From sequence record NZ_CP020440.2: a stretch of 64,000 bases of DNA, one strand, 5' to 3'. The notes under the pieces are model-generated. The model was given only the letters and a program-made list of their open reading frames with translations. It was not told the DNA's origin and made no database searches. This DNA is from a plasmid. The position numbers were made by a program, and so were the translations under genes. Positions 38,036 to 49,180 of this stretch are shown piece by piece. Every line of letters begins with the position of its first letter. Position 1 is the first letter of the stretch.

Positions 38036-38176
38036 GCGCGCGCCCCTTCATGGCATTTCCGATCAGCAATTCTGGCCGCGAATGTCATTGCCTGCAATGC
38101 CCGCCGCATTATCCTTGCCCCGAACTCAGGGAGCCGCCCGATCGTCAGGGGCGGGAGTTTGACGGGAGGATCGACC

Positions 38177-39850
38177 ATGTCCGACACGACAGTGTCCCCG
38201 GCGCCGCTGCGCCCTGCCTATGCCGATGCCTATGCCGGGTTCCGCCTGGATCAGGCCCGCGCCCGCCTGTCGGGCGACCTGGACAGCGGGCTGAACGCCT
38301 GCGTGGAATGCTGCGACCGCCATTGCGGGGCCAATCGCATCGCGCTGCGCTGCCTGTCGGCGGGCGAGGTGCTGACCGAGTACAGCTTCGAGGACCTGCG
38401 CGCCCTGTCCGCCAAGGCGGCGAACGTCCTGCGCGACAAGGGCGTCAGGCCCGGCGATGTGGTGGCGGGCATGTTGCCGCGCACGGTCGAACTGGTCGCG
38501 CTGATCCTGGGCGCCTGGCGGCTGGGGGCGGTCTATCAGCCGCTGTTCACCGCCTTTGGTCCCAAGGCGATCCAGCACCGGCTGGAGACCAGCCGCGCCA
38601 AGCTGGTCGTCACGAACAGCGCGAACCGCCCCAAGCTCGATGAGGTTCAGGGCTGCCCGCAGATCGCCACGGTGCGCGACGGCGAGGCGCCCCTGGCCCC
38701 CGAGGACGTCGATTTCCGCAAGGCGCTGGCCGAGGCGTCGACGGATTTCGCCCCGGTGATGCGCAAGGGCGACGATCTTTTCATGCTGATGTCCACCTCG
38801 GGCACCACGGGCCTGCCCAAGGGGGTGCCGGTGCCGTTGCGGGCCCTGCTGGCCTTTGACGCCTATATGCGCGACGCCATCGACTTGCGCGACGACGACG
38901 TGTTCTGGAACATCGCCGACCCGGGCTGGGCCTATGGGCTTTACTATGCGATCTGCGGGCCGCTGCTGCTGGGCCGCACGACGCTGCTTTACGAAGGCGG
39001 GTTCACGGCGGAGTCGACCTTTCGCATCGTCCGGCGGATGGGGGTGACGAACCTTGCCGGCTCGCCCACCGCCTATCGGCTGCTGATCGCGGCGGGCCCC
39101 GAGGCCGCGGCGCCCGTCAAGGGCCAGCTGCGCGCCGTCAGTTCGGCCGGCGAGCCCCTGAACCCCGAGATCCTGCGCTGGTTCGCCCAGCATCTGGACG
39201 CGCCGATCCACGACCATTACGGCCAGACCGAGATGGGCATGTGCGTGAACAACCACCACGGGCTGGACCATCCGGTGCGCCCCGGCTCGGCCGGGTTGTC
39301 GATGCCGGGCTATCGCGTCGTCGTGCTGGACGATCAGGATCGGGAAATGGGCCCGAACCAGCCGGGGGTGCTGGCCATCGACCTGGAACAGTCGCCGCTG
39401 ATGTGGTTTTCGGGCTATCTGGGCAAGCCCGCCCTGGACGGGCGGTATTACCGGACCGGCGACAGCGTCGAGTTCGAGCCCGACGGCTCGATCAGCTTCA
39501 TCGGGCGCTCGGACGATGTGATCACAAGCTCGGGCTATCGGATCGGGCCCTTCGACGTGGAAAGCGCGCTGATCGAGCATCCCGCCGTGGTCGAGGCCGC
39601 GGTGATCGGCGTCCCCGACCCCGGGCGGACCGAGGTGGTGAAGGCCTTCGTGGTGCTGGCCAAGGGGGCAGAGGCCTCGGCCGCGCTGGCCGAGGAACTG
39701 CAGGCCCATGTCAAGCGCCGCCTGTCGGCCCATGCCTATCCCCGGCTGGTCGAATTCGTCACCGAACTGCCCAAGACCCCCAGCGGCAAGATCCAGCGGT
39801 TCCTGCTGCGCAAGGCCGAGGTCGAGAAGCTGGCGGAAAGTCAGGTCTAG
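38177..39850 (+). CDS. AMP-dependent acyl-CoA synthetase/ligase
   Basis: 557 aa from MSDTTVSPAPLRPAYADAYAGFRL, with a GGGAGGA Shine-Dalgarno sequence upstream. AMP-binding motif MSTSGTTGLPKG and C-terminal PKTPSGKIQR. Confidence 0.8.
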   Translation: MSDTTVSPAPLRPAYADAYAGFRLDQARARLSGDLDSGLNACVECCDRHCGANRIALRCLSAGEVLTEYSFEDLRALSAKAANVLRDKGVRPGDVVAGMLPRTVELVALILGAWRLGAVYQPLFTAFGPKAIQHRLETSRAKLVVTNSANRPKLDEVQGCPQIATVRDGEAPLAPEDVDFRKALAEASTDFAPVMRKGDDLFMLMSTSGTTGLPKGVPVPLRALLAFDAYMRDAIDLRDDDVFWNIADPGWAYGLYYAICGPLLLGRTTLLYEGGFTAESTFRIVRRMGVTNLAGSPTAYRLLIAAGPEAAAPVKGQLRAVSSAGEPLNPEILRWFAQHLDAPIHDHYGQTEMGMCVNNHHGLDHPVRPGSAGLSMPGYRVVVLDDQDREMGPNQPGVLAIDLEQSPLMWFSGYLGKPALDGRYYRTGDSVEFEPDGSISFIGRSDDVITSSGYRIGPFDVESALIEHPAVVEAAVIGVPDPGRTEVVKAFVVLAKGAEASAALAEELQAHVKRRLSAHAYPRLVEFVTELPKTPSGKIQRFLLRKAEVEKLAESQV

Positions 39851-39853
39851 GCG

Positions 39854-40621
39854 ATGCAGATGCAGGACAGGGTTTTCGTGATTACCGGCGCGGGCTCGGG
39901 TCTGGGGGCGGCGGTCGCGCGGATGGCGGTCGATGCCGGCGCCCGCGTCATGGTGCTGGACATCGACGCCGAGGCCGGCCGCGCCACGGTCGACGCCTTG
40001 GGCAAGGCCGCGCGCTTTCAGCGCTGCGACGTGACCAGCGCGGCCGAGGGTGAGGCGGCGATCCAGGCCGCACTGGACAGCTTCGGCCGGATCGACGTGG
40101 CGGTGAACTGCGCGGGCGTCGCCCCGGGCGAGCGGATCGTCGGCCGCGACGGGCCGCACAGGCTGGAGAGCTTCGCCCGCGCCATCCAGATCAACCTGAT
40201 CGGCACCTTCAACATCCTGCGGCTGGCGGCCTCGGCCATGACCGGGAACGCGCCGCTTGAGGGCGGCGAACGCGGGGTGATCGTCAACACCGCCTCGATT
40301 GCGGCTTTTGACGGGCAGATCGGCCAGGCGGCCTATGCGGCCTCCAAGGGGGGCGTCGCCGCGTTGACCCTGCCCGCCGCGCGCGAACTGGCGCGCCACG
40401 GCATCCGGGTGGTGACCATCGCGCCCGGCATCTTTGCCACTCCGATGATGGCGGGTCTGCCGGCCGAGGTGCAGGACAGCCTGGGCGGCACGGTCCCGTT
40501 CCCCGCGCGGCTGGGCGATCCCGCCGAATACGCCGCCCTGCTGCGCCACATCGTCGAGAACCCCTACCTGAACGGCGAGGTGATCCGGCTGGACGGCGCG
40601 CTGCGCATGGCCCCGAAATAA
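39854..40621 (+). CDS. SDR-family 3-hydroxyacyl-CoA dehydrogenase (HSD17B10-like)
   Basis: 255 aa with Rossmann TGAGSGLG and a YxxxK catalytic motif (YAASKGG). Confidence 0.75.
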   Translation: MQMQDRVFVITGAGSGLGAAVARMAVDAGARVMVLDIDAEAGRATVDALGKAARFQRCDVTSAAEGEAAIQAALDSFGRIDVAVNCAGVAPGERIVGRDGPHRLESFARAIQINLIGTFNILRLAASAMTGNAPLEGGERGVIVNTASIAAFDGQIGQAAYAASKGGVAALTLPAARELARHGIRVVTIAPGIFATPMMAGLPAEVQDSLGGTVPFPARLGDPAEYAALLRHIVENPYLNGEVIRLDGALRMAPK

Positions 40622-40631
40622 GGATATCAGG

Positions 40632-41807
40632 ATGGACCCGATTGTGATCACAGGCGCTGCCCGCACCCCGATGGGCGGCTTTCAGGGCGACCTGGCGGGG
40701 GTTCCCGCCGCCACGCTGGGCGCGACCGCGATCCGCGCCGCCCTGGCGGGGCTGGACCCGCAGGCGGTGGACGAGGTGCTGATGGGTTGCGTCCTGCCCG
40801 CGGGCCAGGGCCAGGCGCCCGCGCGTCAGGCGGCGCTGGGGGCCGGCCTGCCGCTGGGGACCGGGGCGACCACGGTCAACAAGATGTGCGGCTCGGGGAT
40901 GAAGGCCGCGATGCTGGGCCACGACCTGATCCTGGCGGGCTCGGCCGGGGTGGTGGTCGCAGGCGGCATGGAGAGCATGTCGAACGCGCCCTATCTGCTG
41001 CCCAAGGCCCGCGCCGGCTATCGCATGGGCCACGGGCAGGTCATCGACCACATGTTCCTGGACGGGCTTGAGGATGCCTATGACAAGGGCCGGTTGATGG
41101 GCACATTCGCCGAGGATTGCGCCGAGGCCTATCAGTTCACGCGCGAGGCGCAGGACGCCTTTGCCATCGCCTCGCTGACCCGAGCGCAATCGGCCATCAC
41201 CCAGGGGCGCTTTGCGGCCGAGATCGCGCCGGTCGCGGTCAAGGGCCGTGGCGGAGAGGCGATGGTCGATACCGACGAACAGCCCGGCAAGGCGCGGCTG
41301 GACAAGATCCCGACCCTGAAGCCCGCCTTCCGCGACGGCGGCACGGTGACGGCGGCGAACGCCTCGTCGATTTCGGACGGAGCGGCGGCGCTGGTCCTGA
41401 TGCGCCAGTCCGAGGCCGAGCGGCGCGGCCTGACCCCGCGGGCCCGCATCCTGGGCCATGCCACCCATGCCGACGCGCCGAACCTGTTTCCCACCGCGCC
41501 CATCGGCGCCGTCAGGAAACTGCTGGAAAAAACCGGGTCGACTACCCGGGACTTCGACCTGTTCGAGGTCAACGAGGCATTCGCCGTCGTCGCCATGGCC
41601 GCGATGCGCGACCTGGGCCTGCCGCATGACGTGGTGAACGTGCATGGCGGGGCCTGCGCGCTTGGCCATCCCATCGGCGCCTCGGGCGCGCGGGTGCTGG
41701 TCACGCTGCTGGCCGCGCTGGAAACGCACGGGCTCAAGCGCGGCATCGCCTCGCTTTGCATCGGCGGCGGCGAGGCGACCGCCATGGCGATCGAGGTGCT
41801 GGCATGA
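40632..41807 (+). CDS. acetyl-CoA C-acyltransferase (thiolase)
   Basis: 391 aa with thiolase motifs ([30 protein letters not shown]). Confidence 0.85.
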   Translation: MDPIVITGAARTPMGGFQGDLAGVPAATLGATAIRAALAGLDPQAVDEVLMGCVLPAGQGQAPARQAALGAGLPLGTGATTVNKMCGSGMKAAMLGHDLILAGSAGVVVAGGMESMSNAPYLLPKARAGYRMGHGQVIDHMFLDGLEDAYDKGRLMGTFAEDCAEAYQFTREAQDAFAIASLTRAQSAITQGRFAAEIAPVAVKGRGGEAMVDTDEQPGKARLDKIPTLKPAFRDGGTVTAANASSISDGAAALVLMRQSEAERRGLTPRARILGHATHADAPNLFPTAPIGAVRKLLEKTGSTTRDFDLFEVNEAFAVVAMAAMRDLGLPHDVVNVHGGACALGHPIGASGARVLVTLLAALETHGLKRGIASLCIGGGEATAMAIEVLA

Positions 41808-42943
41808 TGCTGACCGAGGAGCAGGAGCAGATCCGCGACGCCGCCCGCGCCTTCGCGCAAGAACGCCTCGCCCCCGGCGCGGCGGAACGCGACCGCGACA
41901 GCCGCTTTCCGCGCGCCGAACTGACCGAGATGGGCGAGCTGGGCTTCCTGGGGATGCTGGTCCCCGAGGAACACGGCGGGTCGGAAACCGGCACCGTCGC
42001 CTATGCCCTGGCGCTCGAGGAAATCGCGGCGGCGGACGGGGCCTGCAGCACCATCATGTCGGTGCACAGTTCCGTCGGCTGCGTCCCGATCCTGCGCTTT
42101 GGCACCGACGACCAGAAGGCCCGCTTTTTGCCCCGCATGGCCAGCGGCGAATGGATCGGCGGCTTTGCCCTGACCGAGCCGCAGGCGGGTTCGGACGCCT
42201 CGAACCTGCGCACCAGGGCGCGGCGCGACGGGGATCATTACGTCATCGACGGGGCCAAGCAGTTCATCACCTCGGGCAAGAACGGCAAGGTCGTGATCGT
42301 CTTTGCCGTCACCGACCCGGATGCGGGGAAAAAGGGCATCTCGGCCTTTCTGGTGCCGACCGATACGCCGGGCTATCAGGTGGTCACCGTCGAGCAGAAG
42401 CTGGGCCTGCACGCCTCGGACACCTGCGCGCTGGCGTTCACCGACATGCGGGTGCCGGTCGAGAACCGGCTGGGCGCCGAGGGCGAGGGCTATCGCATTG
42501 CACTGGCGAACCTGGAAGGCGGCCGCATCGGCATCGCCGCGCAATCCGTCGGCATGGCGCGCGGCGCCTGGCAGGCCGCGCTGGCCTATGCGCGGGACCG
42601 CATCGCCTTTGGCCGGCCCATCGCCGAACATCAGGCGGTGGCCTTCATGCTGGCCGACATGGCGGTGCAGATCGACGCCGCGCGGCTGCTGGTCCTGCGC
42701 GCAGCCGGGCTGCGCGAGGCCGGCAAGCCCTGCCTGACCGAGGCCAGCATGGCCAAGCTGTTCGCATCCGAGATGGCGGAAAAGGTCTGCTCGGCGGCGA
42801 TCCAGATCCACGGGGGCTATGGCTATCTGGCCGATTACCCGGTCGAGCGCATCTATCGCGACGTGCGCGTGACGCAGATCTATGAAGGCACAAGCGAGGT
42901 GCAGCGGATGGTGATCGCCCGCGGCCTGGACGCCGCGGGCTGA
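41804..42943 (+). CDS. acyl-CoA dehydrogenase
   Basis: 379 aa from [24 protein letters not shown]. The C-terminal catalytic region ([34 protein letters not shown]) is conserved. The ATG overlaps the thiolase stop (ATGA). Confidence 0.85.
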   Translation: MMLTEEQEQIRDAARAFAQERLAPGAAERDRDSRFPRAELTEMGELGFLGMLVPEEHGGSETGTVAYALALEEIAAADGACSTIMSVHSSVGCVPILRFGTDDQKARFLPRMASGEWIGGFALTEPQAGSDASNLRTRARRDGDHYVIDGAKQFITSGKNGKVVIVFAVTDPDAGKKGISAFLVPTDTPGYQVVTVEQKLGLHASDTCALAFTDMRVPVENRLGAEGEGYRIALANLEGGRIGIAAQSVGMARGAWQAALAYARDRIAFGRPIAEHQAVAFMLADMAVQIDAARLLVLRAAGLREAGKPCLTEASMAKLFASEMAEKVCSAAIQIHGGYGYLADYPVERIYRDVRVTQIYEGTSEVQRMVIARGLDAAG

Positions 42944-42947
42944 CCGG

Positions 42948-42968
42948 GGCCGTCAGTTGCTGACGGCC
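42948..42968. terminator. hairpin GGCCGTCAG-ttg-CTGACGGCC between and overlapping the convergent ACAD and opgG stops; a candidate bidirectional terminator
   Basis: Perfect 9 bp stem seen directly in the sequence. There is no strong T-run. Confidence 0.3.
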
Positions 42969-44605
42969 GCGGGCGTGGCCTGGGCATCGGCCCCGGGTCG
43001 GGCGCGGTCGAACTGGGCCGGATGGACCTGGCCCAGCCAGGTTTCCGTCAGCGGCTGGCCGTCCTTGGCCAGATAGGCGCGGATGTCGGCCGTCTCGACC
43101 CCCGGCGCGTCGATGTCGAAGATCAGCCGCCAGCGCGAGGTGCCCACCACCGGCAGGGCATAGCTTTGCACGATGGTGACGCCTTCGGGGACCGTCACGA
43201 CGGGTTCGACCCCCTGGTTCTGGCCCAGCGTGCCGATCTGGCCGCCGTCGAAGTCGATCACGATCTTCAGCTCGTCCTTGGGCCGGGGCAGGCCGGGAAC
43301 GCCGCCCGCGCCGATGCGGGTGGACACGGTGCGGGCCAGCGGCTGCGGCACCGGCGCCTGGTCGACCCAGCTGAGCGTATAGTCGAAGTCCATTTCCTGG
43401 CCCGGCTGCGGCTGGCGTTCGGGGTTCCAGAAGGCGACGATGTTGTCATAGACCTCGTCCTCGGTCGGGATCTCGACCAGCTGGACGTTGCCCTTGCCCC
43501 AGCCTTCCCTGGGCGCGATCCAGACCGAGGCGCGCCTGTCATAGAACACGCCGTCGTCCTCGTAGTTCTCGAAGCGGCGGTCGCGCTGGATCAGGCCGAA
43601 CCCTTTCGGATTCTCGGTCTGGAAGCTCGAGGTGACGACGCGGGGCGGGTTCATCAGCGGGCGCCAGATCTGTTCGCCGTTGCCCATGACCATCATCAGC
43701 CCGTCGGCGTCATGCACCTCGGGGCGCCAGTCAAAGGCCAGCACGCGGTTGGTTTCCGAATACCAGTACATCGAGGTCAAGGGCGCGATCCCCAGCCGCT
43801 GGACCGCGTTGCGGAAGAACAGCTTCGAGGACACCTGCATGGTCTGGCCCTGGCCGGGCGTGCCCTTGCGGATGTCCATGCGATAGGCGCCCGCGACCGA
43901 GGGGCTGTCCATCAGCGCATAGATCGTCACGTCGGTCTGCCCGTCCTTGGGCTTTTCGATGTAGAACTCGGTGAACAGGGGAAATTCCTCAGGCTCGGTC
44001 ATGCCCGAGTTGATGGCCAGGCCGCGCGCCGACATGCCGTATTGGCCGAAGGGGCCCGAGGTGCGGAAATAGGACGCGCCCAGAAAGCTGATCCAGTCGG
44101 TCCTGAGGTCGGGGTCCATCAGGCGGAACCCGGCAAATCCGGTCCCTCGGGTCAGCTGCCGCGCCGGGCTGTCGGCAGGCATGTCGAAAAAGCGCGGGTC
44201 ATAGGTGATGGCGCGGGCCGCGCCGTCCTCGACCACGGCGATCCTGACCGGGTTGCGGAAATAGGTTCCCAGGTGGAAGAACTGCACCGGCACGTCGCCG
44301 ACCCGGACCGTCGCCTCGGGGCGGAAGCGGATCTTCCAATGGGCGTCGTAGTCGATCTTTTCCAGGACCTCGGGCTGTTCGACCACGGGGGCGCGATAGG
44401 GCTGGGCGGCCAGGTCGCGGGCGCGCTGGGTCAGCACGTCCATGCTGAAGGGCTGCGCCTGCCCCAGCGCCGGCTGGAACGCGGCCGCTTGTTCCTGCGC
44501 CGCGGCAAGAGGGGGCAGGGCGGTCTGGCCAAGCGCCAAGGCAAGGACGGCGGCGCAAAGGGCGGCGGGACGGCGAAGGCGCAAGTCGGGGACTCCGTTG
44601 AACAT
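42953..44605 (-). CDS. periplasmic glucan biosynthesis protein (MdoG/OpgG-OpgD family)
   Basis: 550 aa with a signal peptide and an MdoG-family core. Confidence 0.8.
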   Translation of the reverse strand: MFNGVPDLRLRRPAALCAAVLALALGQTALPPLAAAQEQAAAFQPALGQAQPFSMDVLTQRARDLAAQPYRAPVVEQPEVLEKIDYDAHWKIRFRPEATVRVGDVPVQFFHLGTYFRNPVRIAVVEDGAARAITYDPRFFDMPADSPARQLTRGTGFAGFRLMDPDLRTDWISFLGASYFRTSGPFGQYGMSARGLAINSGMTEPEEFPLFTEFYIEKPKDGQTDVTIYALMDSPSVAGAYRMDIRKGTPGQGQTMQVSSKLFFRNAVQRLGIAPLTSMYWYSETNRVLAFDWRPEVHDADGLMMVMGNGEQIWRPLMNPPRVVTSSFQTENPKGFGLIQRDRRFENYEDDGVFYDRRASVWIAPREGWGKGNVQLVEIPTEDEVYDNIVAFWNPERQPQPGQEMDFDYTLSWVDQAPVPQPLARTVSTRIGAGGVPGLPRPKDELKIVIDFDGGQIGTLGQNQGVEPVVTVPEGVTIVQSYALPVVGTSRWRLIFDIDAPGVETADIRAYLAKDGQPLTETWLGQVHPAQFDRARPGADAQATPAAVSN

Positions 44606-44717
44606 TTCGGCGGCGAGGGGGGTGATGCCCGCCTTATCGCTAGGGCGAATGCGGCGGCGCTGGCAAGCAATTTGGCTGCACGATCAAGCGAATGTTGCGG
44701 ACTGTCGCCGGCGGGCG

Positions 44718-46085
44718 TCAGCCTTGCCGGCGGTCTTTCGCCGGTTCCCCGGCACCTGCACAGGGCAGATGCAATTCCGCGACGAGCCCGCCCGCCGGGG
44801 CGTTCGCCAGCGCCAGAGTGCCGCCATGGGCGCGGGCGATGTCGCGCGCGATGGAAAGGCCCAGTCCTGCGCCGCCGGTGCCTGCGTTGCGGCTTTCCTC
44901 GCCCCGCACGAACGGCTCGGTGACACGGGACAACAGCGCCTGGGGGATGCCGGGGCCGTCGTCCTCGACCCGGATCACGGCCTCGCCCGCCTTACCCATG
45001 GCAAGGGTCACGCGGGCATTGCCGGCATAGCGCAACGCATTGCCGACCAGGTTGCAGACCGCGCGGCTGATCGCCACCGGGCGCAGCCGGACGGGCACGG
45101 GCCCCGGCCCGCGATAGGGCACGCCCTGCTCGGCGCAAAGCCGGGACAGCAGCCGGTCCAGGTCGGTCACCTGGCGCGGTTCGGTCGTGGCGCCGGTGGT
45201 GGCGGCCTGCAGCAGCCCCTCGGCCATCACCGCCATGTCGTCCAGGATGCGGATCATGTCGTCGCGCTGGTCGTCGTCCTCCAGCAGCTCGGCCCGCAGG
45301 CGGAGGCTGGTGATCGGGGTGCGCAGGTCGTGGCCAAGCGCGGCCAGCATCCGCATCCGCTCGGCCTCGAGCCCGGCGATGCGGCGCTGCATGTCGTTGA
45401 AGGCCACGGCGGCCTCGCGCAGTTCGCTGGCCCCCGTCTCGGCCGCGCGGGCGGCGCGGTCGCCCCGGCCGGCGGCGCGCGCTGCCTGGGCCAGCGATTG
45501 CAGCGGGTGCGTCATCCGACGGATGAACCACAGCCCGACCAGCAGCGTGCCCACCAGGGATGCGCCCAGCGGCACGAACAGGCCCGACTTGACCGCCCAG
45601 GCGCGGGTGGTGGGCAGCGGATAGGCCAGCGTGTTCAGCCAGTCGCCCCGATAATGCCCGGCCTTCAGCCGGACCGAGACCGTCATCAGGGGGGCGCCGC
45701 GCGCGGCCCCGATCGGAGCGCCCCCTTCGCGGATCTGGATGTCGTGGGCGGGCAGGTGGGCGGCCAGCACCGCCTCCTCGGCCGGCAGGCGGTGCGAGTC
45801 GCCGGGATCGACCGGGGCGGCATCGACCGAGAACCGGGTAAATCCCGTGCTGCTGCGCCGGGGCAGCAGCCGCGCCGTCGCCGCATCGGCCGATTCCAGC
45901 GCCGAGACCAGCGCCATCAGCCGCTGCGTGTCGCCCTGCAAGCGGATCGCACGGTCAAAGGACGATCCTTCGCGCGCCAGAAGGATCGCGGCGATCAGGT
46001 TCATGCCCAGCACCGCCGCGACCAGCAGCAGCGAAAACCGCGCCGCCAGCCGGTCGGGCAGCAGCCGGCGCAGCGGGGCGATCAC
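44718..46085 (-). CDS. sensor histidine kinase (HAMP-HisKA-HATPase), partner of the upstream OmpR-type response regulator
   Basis: GTG start overlapping the response-regulator stop (GTGA), about 455 aa. Two TM segments, H-box LGHDLRTPITSL, and G-boxes (DDGPGIP, GTGGAGLGLSIA). The rest of the 706 aa track ORF is a fusion artefact. Confidence 0.75.
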   Translation of the reverse strand: MIAPLRRLLPDRLAARFSLLLVAAVLGMNLIAAILLAREGSSFDRAIRLQGDTQRLMALVSALESADAATARLLPRRSSTGFTRFSVDAAPVDPGDSHRLPAEEAVLAAHLPAHDIQIREGGAPIGAARGAPLMTVSVRLKAGHYRGDWLNTLAYPLPTTRAWAVKSGLFVPLGASLVGTLLVGLWFIRRMTHPLQSLAQAARAAGRGDRAARAAETGASELREAAVAFNDMQRRIAGLEAERMRMLAALGHDLRTPITSLRLRAELLEDDDQRDDMIRILDDMAVMAEGLLQAATTGATTEPRQVTDLDRLLSRLCAEQGVPYRGPGPVPVRLRPVAISRAVCNLVGNALRYAGNARVTLAMGKAGEAVIRVEDDGPGIPQALLSRVTEPFVRGEESRNAGTGGAGLGLSIARDIARAHGGTLALANAPAGGLVAELHLPCAGAGEPAKDRRQG

Positions 46086-46801
46086 GGCAGGACCTCGACC
46101 TCGGCGGCCAGCCGATAGCCGCCGCCCCATTCGGTGACGATCAGGCGCGGGTTGCGCGGATCGGCCTCGATCTTGTGGCGCAGGCGGCTGATGGTGTTGT
46201 CGACGGCCCGGTCGTAGGCCCGCGCCTCGCGGCCCGCGTGCAGGTCCAGCAGCCGCATCCGGGTCAGCACCTGGCCCGGATGGTCCAGAAGCAGCCCGAG
46301 CATGCGGCTTTCCCCCGAAGTCAGCGCGATCTCGGCCCCCGAGGGGCGGATGATGCGCCGGCTGGCGGGGTCGTGGACAAGCCCGCCGAAACGGCGGCGC
46401 AGCGCGCTGGGGCCGGGCTGGAGCGGGGGCGCGCGGCGCAGCACGGCGCGGATGCGCGCCAGCAGTTCGCGCGGGTTGAAGGGCTTGGTCACGTAATCGT
46501 CGGCGCCGGTTTCCAGTCCGGTCACCTGATCCTCGGACGTGGCCAGGGCGGTCAGCAGGATCACCGGAACCCGGCCTTCGCGCGCAAGCGAGGCGCACAG
46601 GCTCAGCCCGTCCTCGCCCGGCATCATCACGTCGATGACGGCCAGGTGCACCGGGTCCTCGGCCAGGGCCTGACGGGCCTCGGCGGCATCGGCGGCCAGG
46701 CGGGTGCGATAGCCGCTGCGGCGCAGGAACTGGCCCAGCGGCTCGCGGATGTCGCGGGCGTCGTCGACGATCAGGATGCGCGGCTCGGCTGCGTCGGTCA
46801 T
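46082..46801 (-). CDS. OmpR-family two-component response regulator
   Basis: 239 aa. Receiver domain (ILIVDDARDIRE, D57-like VIDVMMP) plus a winged-helix trans_reg_C domain. Confidence 0.8.
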   Translation of the reverse strand: MTDAAEPRILIVDDARDIREPLGQFLRRSGYRTRLAADAAEARQALAEDPVHLAVIDVMMPGEDGLSLCASLAREGRVPVILLTALATSEDQVTGLETGADDYVTKPFNPRELLARIRAVLRRAPPLQPGPSALRRRFGGLVHDPASRRIIRPSGAEIALTSGESRMLGLLLDHPGQVLTRMRLLDLHAGREARAYDRAVDNTISRLRHKIEADPRNPRLIVTEWGGGYRLAAEVEVLP

Positions 46802-46882
46802 GGGGCCCTCGGCTTGGGAATGCGAACGACGGCGGCATCCCGGATGCCGCCGCCCATGGTGGGGGAAAGGCCAGTCGGCCGA

Positions 46883-49180
46883 TCAGAACGAGGCGGTCAG
46901 CCCCATGTAGAAGGCGCGGCCCGGTTCGTTGAACGTGTTCGCGCCGTCGCTGGTATTGGTGCGCAGGATCTGCTTGTCGAACAGGTTCGTCACCCCCGCC
47001 GACAGCCGCGCGGTTTCGTTGACCTGCCAGTTTGCGCCCACGTTGACCAACGTATAGCCGCCGCGCGCCTCGGGGTCCTCGATCTCGTTGCCCATGCTGT
47101 TGCCGATCGTTGCCGGGTCGATCTTGCCGTAGTGCGTCGCACCCAGGGTCAGGGTCAGATCCGGCGTCGCATACCAGTCGAGCGAGGCGTTGATGGTATA
47201 GTCCGGCACCAGGCTCAGCGGTTGGCCGTTTTCGTCCTCGGACTTGATCATCTTGGTGAAGTTGGTGTTGAAGGCATAGCGGTCGCCCAGCGGCGTCGAG
47301 AAGTTGCCCTCGATCCCCGAGATCACCGCGTTCTTCTGGTTCTCCCAGCGGAACAGGCGGTTTTCCGTGGCGCCGGGGTTGTGCTGGATCCGACCCGAGC
47401 CGATGCGGTTGTCATAGTCGTTGTGGAACCAGGTCAGGCTGGCGTTCAGATCGTTGGCGCCCTGATAGGCGATCCCGATTTCCTTGTTCAGGCTGCGTTC
47501 GGCCTCGAGATCGGGGTTTCCCAGGACATAGCACGGACCGCTGATCTGCACGCCGTCCACATAGGGGCAGCCGCGCCCGCGCGTGGTGTAGACGTAGTTC
47601 GGGTTCAGCTGATACAGGTTCGGTGCCTTGAACGCGCGCGCCACGCCCAGCTTCATGGTCCAGGCCTCGTTGAACGCATAGGTCGCGTTCAGGCTGGGCG
47701 ACCAGGCGGCGCCGAAATTGTCGTTGTAGTCGAAGCGCAGACCGGGGGTCAGGGTCAGCCTGTCGTTCCACAGGATATTCGCCTCGGCATAAAGGCCGAT
47801 GGTCTGTTGGTCGGTCTTGGGATCGCGGTTCTCTCCGTCGGGATCGACGCCGATGTCTTCGCCCAGGTCCGGATCCAGCGACCCGCGGATCGACACGCCG
47901 TCCTCCATGAACTCGCCGCGGTATTCGGCGCCGAAGGTCACGCGGCTGTCCCGGCCGGCCAGCTGCATCGGCAGGATCCATTCGCTTTTGGCGGTGATGT
48001 TGTCCAGCGTGATCGTGCTGAACGCCATCGCGTCGTCTTCGCCGTCGCCATCGGTATCGACGCAGTTGGTGATCGCGCCCTCGCCACTGCCGGCCGTGCC
48101 TTCGCACAGCCGCGCGTTGCGGGTGTTTTCCCATTGCAGATAGCTGAAGGACTCGCCGAAGTCATATTCGCCCCGGTGGGTCACCGACAGGGTGCGGCGA
48201 TACATCCGGTTGGTCTCGGTGCCGATCAGGTTGACGCCGTCCTGTTCCTCTTTCACCGAGCCGAACATGGTGTCGCCGGCATAGATGTTGCCCTGGCGCG
48301 AGAAGCCCGCTTCGAAGTCGATGACATGGCCGGGGGCGACCTGCCAGCTCAGCAACCCGTTCAGATCCTTGTTCACCACGCCTTCGCGGCCAGCGAGGTT
48401 GCTGTATTCGGGGTTGCCCTCGTCATCGAGGACCGGGTTGCCGTCGTCGTCCAGCAGGGGCACGCGGTTGATGTCGGGGGAATCGGCATCGGTCTTGTTG
48501 TAATTGCCGAACAGCCGGAAGGTAAGATTTTCACCGATGGGCCCGGCCAGCATGAAGTTGCTGCGCACCGAGTCGCCTTCCTGCCGGCTTTCGGGCGAGT
48601 TGTAGTGCATCCCGACCTGCCCCGAGAAGGTTTCGGGGCGCTTGGTGATGATATTGACCACCCCGCCCGACGAGCCCGAACCATAGCGCGCCGCCGCCGG
48701 GCCGCGCAGAACTTCAATGCGCTCGATCATCTCGGCCGGCACCCAGTTCGAATCGCCGCGCGAATCGCGTTCGCCGTTGCGGCTCATGCGGACCGAGTTG
48801 CGCGACATGACGGGCTTGCCGTCGATCAGGATCAGGGTGTTTTCCGGCCCCATGCCGCGGATGTCGATCTGGCGCTGGTTGCCGCGCTGGCCGCTGGCGG
48901 TGGCGCCGGTCAGGTTGACGCCGGGCATCTTGCGCACGATTTCCGAGATGTCGTTGACGACCGGCTGTTTTTCGATGTCCTCTGCGGTGATGGTCGAGAT
49001 GCCCAGGGCCTGCTTGCCCTGTTCCTCGGCGGAAAGGACGACGGTTTCAAGGACGACGGTGTCGTCGGTATCGGTGGTTTCGATCGTGTCCTGGGCCAGG
49101 GCAAAACCTGCGAAGGCCGGGATCGAGATCAACAGGCAAAGGGCGGTGCCCATTGCTGGGCGCGGGATAAGCGTAGCCAT
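46883..49180 (-). CDS. TonB-dependent outer-membrane receptor, FepA/PfeA-like (catecholate siderophore type)
   Basis: Start at MATLIPRPAMGTALCLLISIPAFA (signal peptide). The plug region is close to E. coli FepA (GQRGNQRQIDIRGMGPENTLILIDGKPV...NWVPAEMIERIEVLRGPAAARYGSGSSGGVVNIITK). Ends with a C-terminal aromatic residue (ASF). Confidence 0.85.
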   Translation of the reverse strand: MATLIPRPAMGTALCLLISIPAFAGFALAQDTIETTDTDDTVVLETVVLSAEEQGKQALGISTITAEDIEKQPVVNDISEIVRKMPGVNLTGATASGQRGNQRQIDIRGMGPENTLILIDGKPVMSRNSVRMSRNGERDSRGDSNWVPAEMIERIEVLRGPAAARYGSGSSGGVVNIITKRPETFSGQVGMHYNSPESRQEGDSVRSNFMLAGPIGENLTFRLFGNYNKTDADSPDINRVPLLDDDGNPVLDDEGNPEYSNLAGREGVVNKDLNGLLSWQVAPGHVIDFEAGFSRQGNIYAGDTMFGSVKEEQDGVNLIGTETNRMYRRTLSVTHRGEYDFGESFSYLQWENTRNARLCEGTAGSGEGAITNCVDTDGDGEDDAMAFSTITLDNITAKSEWILPMQLAGRDSRVTFGAEYRGEFMEDGVSIRGSLDPDLGEDIGVDPDGENRDPKTDQQTIGLYAEANILWNDRLTLTPGLRFDYNDNFGAAWSPSLNATYAFNEAWTMKLGVARAFKAPNLYQLNPNYVYTTRGRGCPYVDGVQISGPCYVLGNPDLEAERSLNKEIGIAYQGANDLNASLTWFHNDYDNRIGSGRIQHNPGATENRLFRWENQKNAVISGIEGNFSTPLGDRYAFNTNFTKMIKSEDENGQPLSLVPDYTINASLDWYATPDLTLTLGATHYGKIDPATIGNSMGNEIEDPEARGGYTLVNVGANWQVNETARLSAGVTNLFDKQILRTNTSDGANTFNEPGRAFYMGLTASF

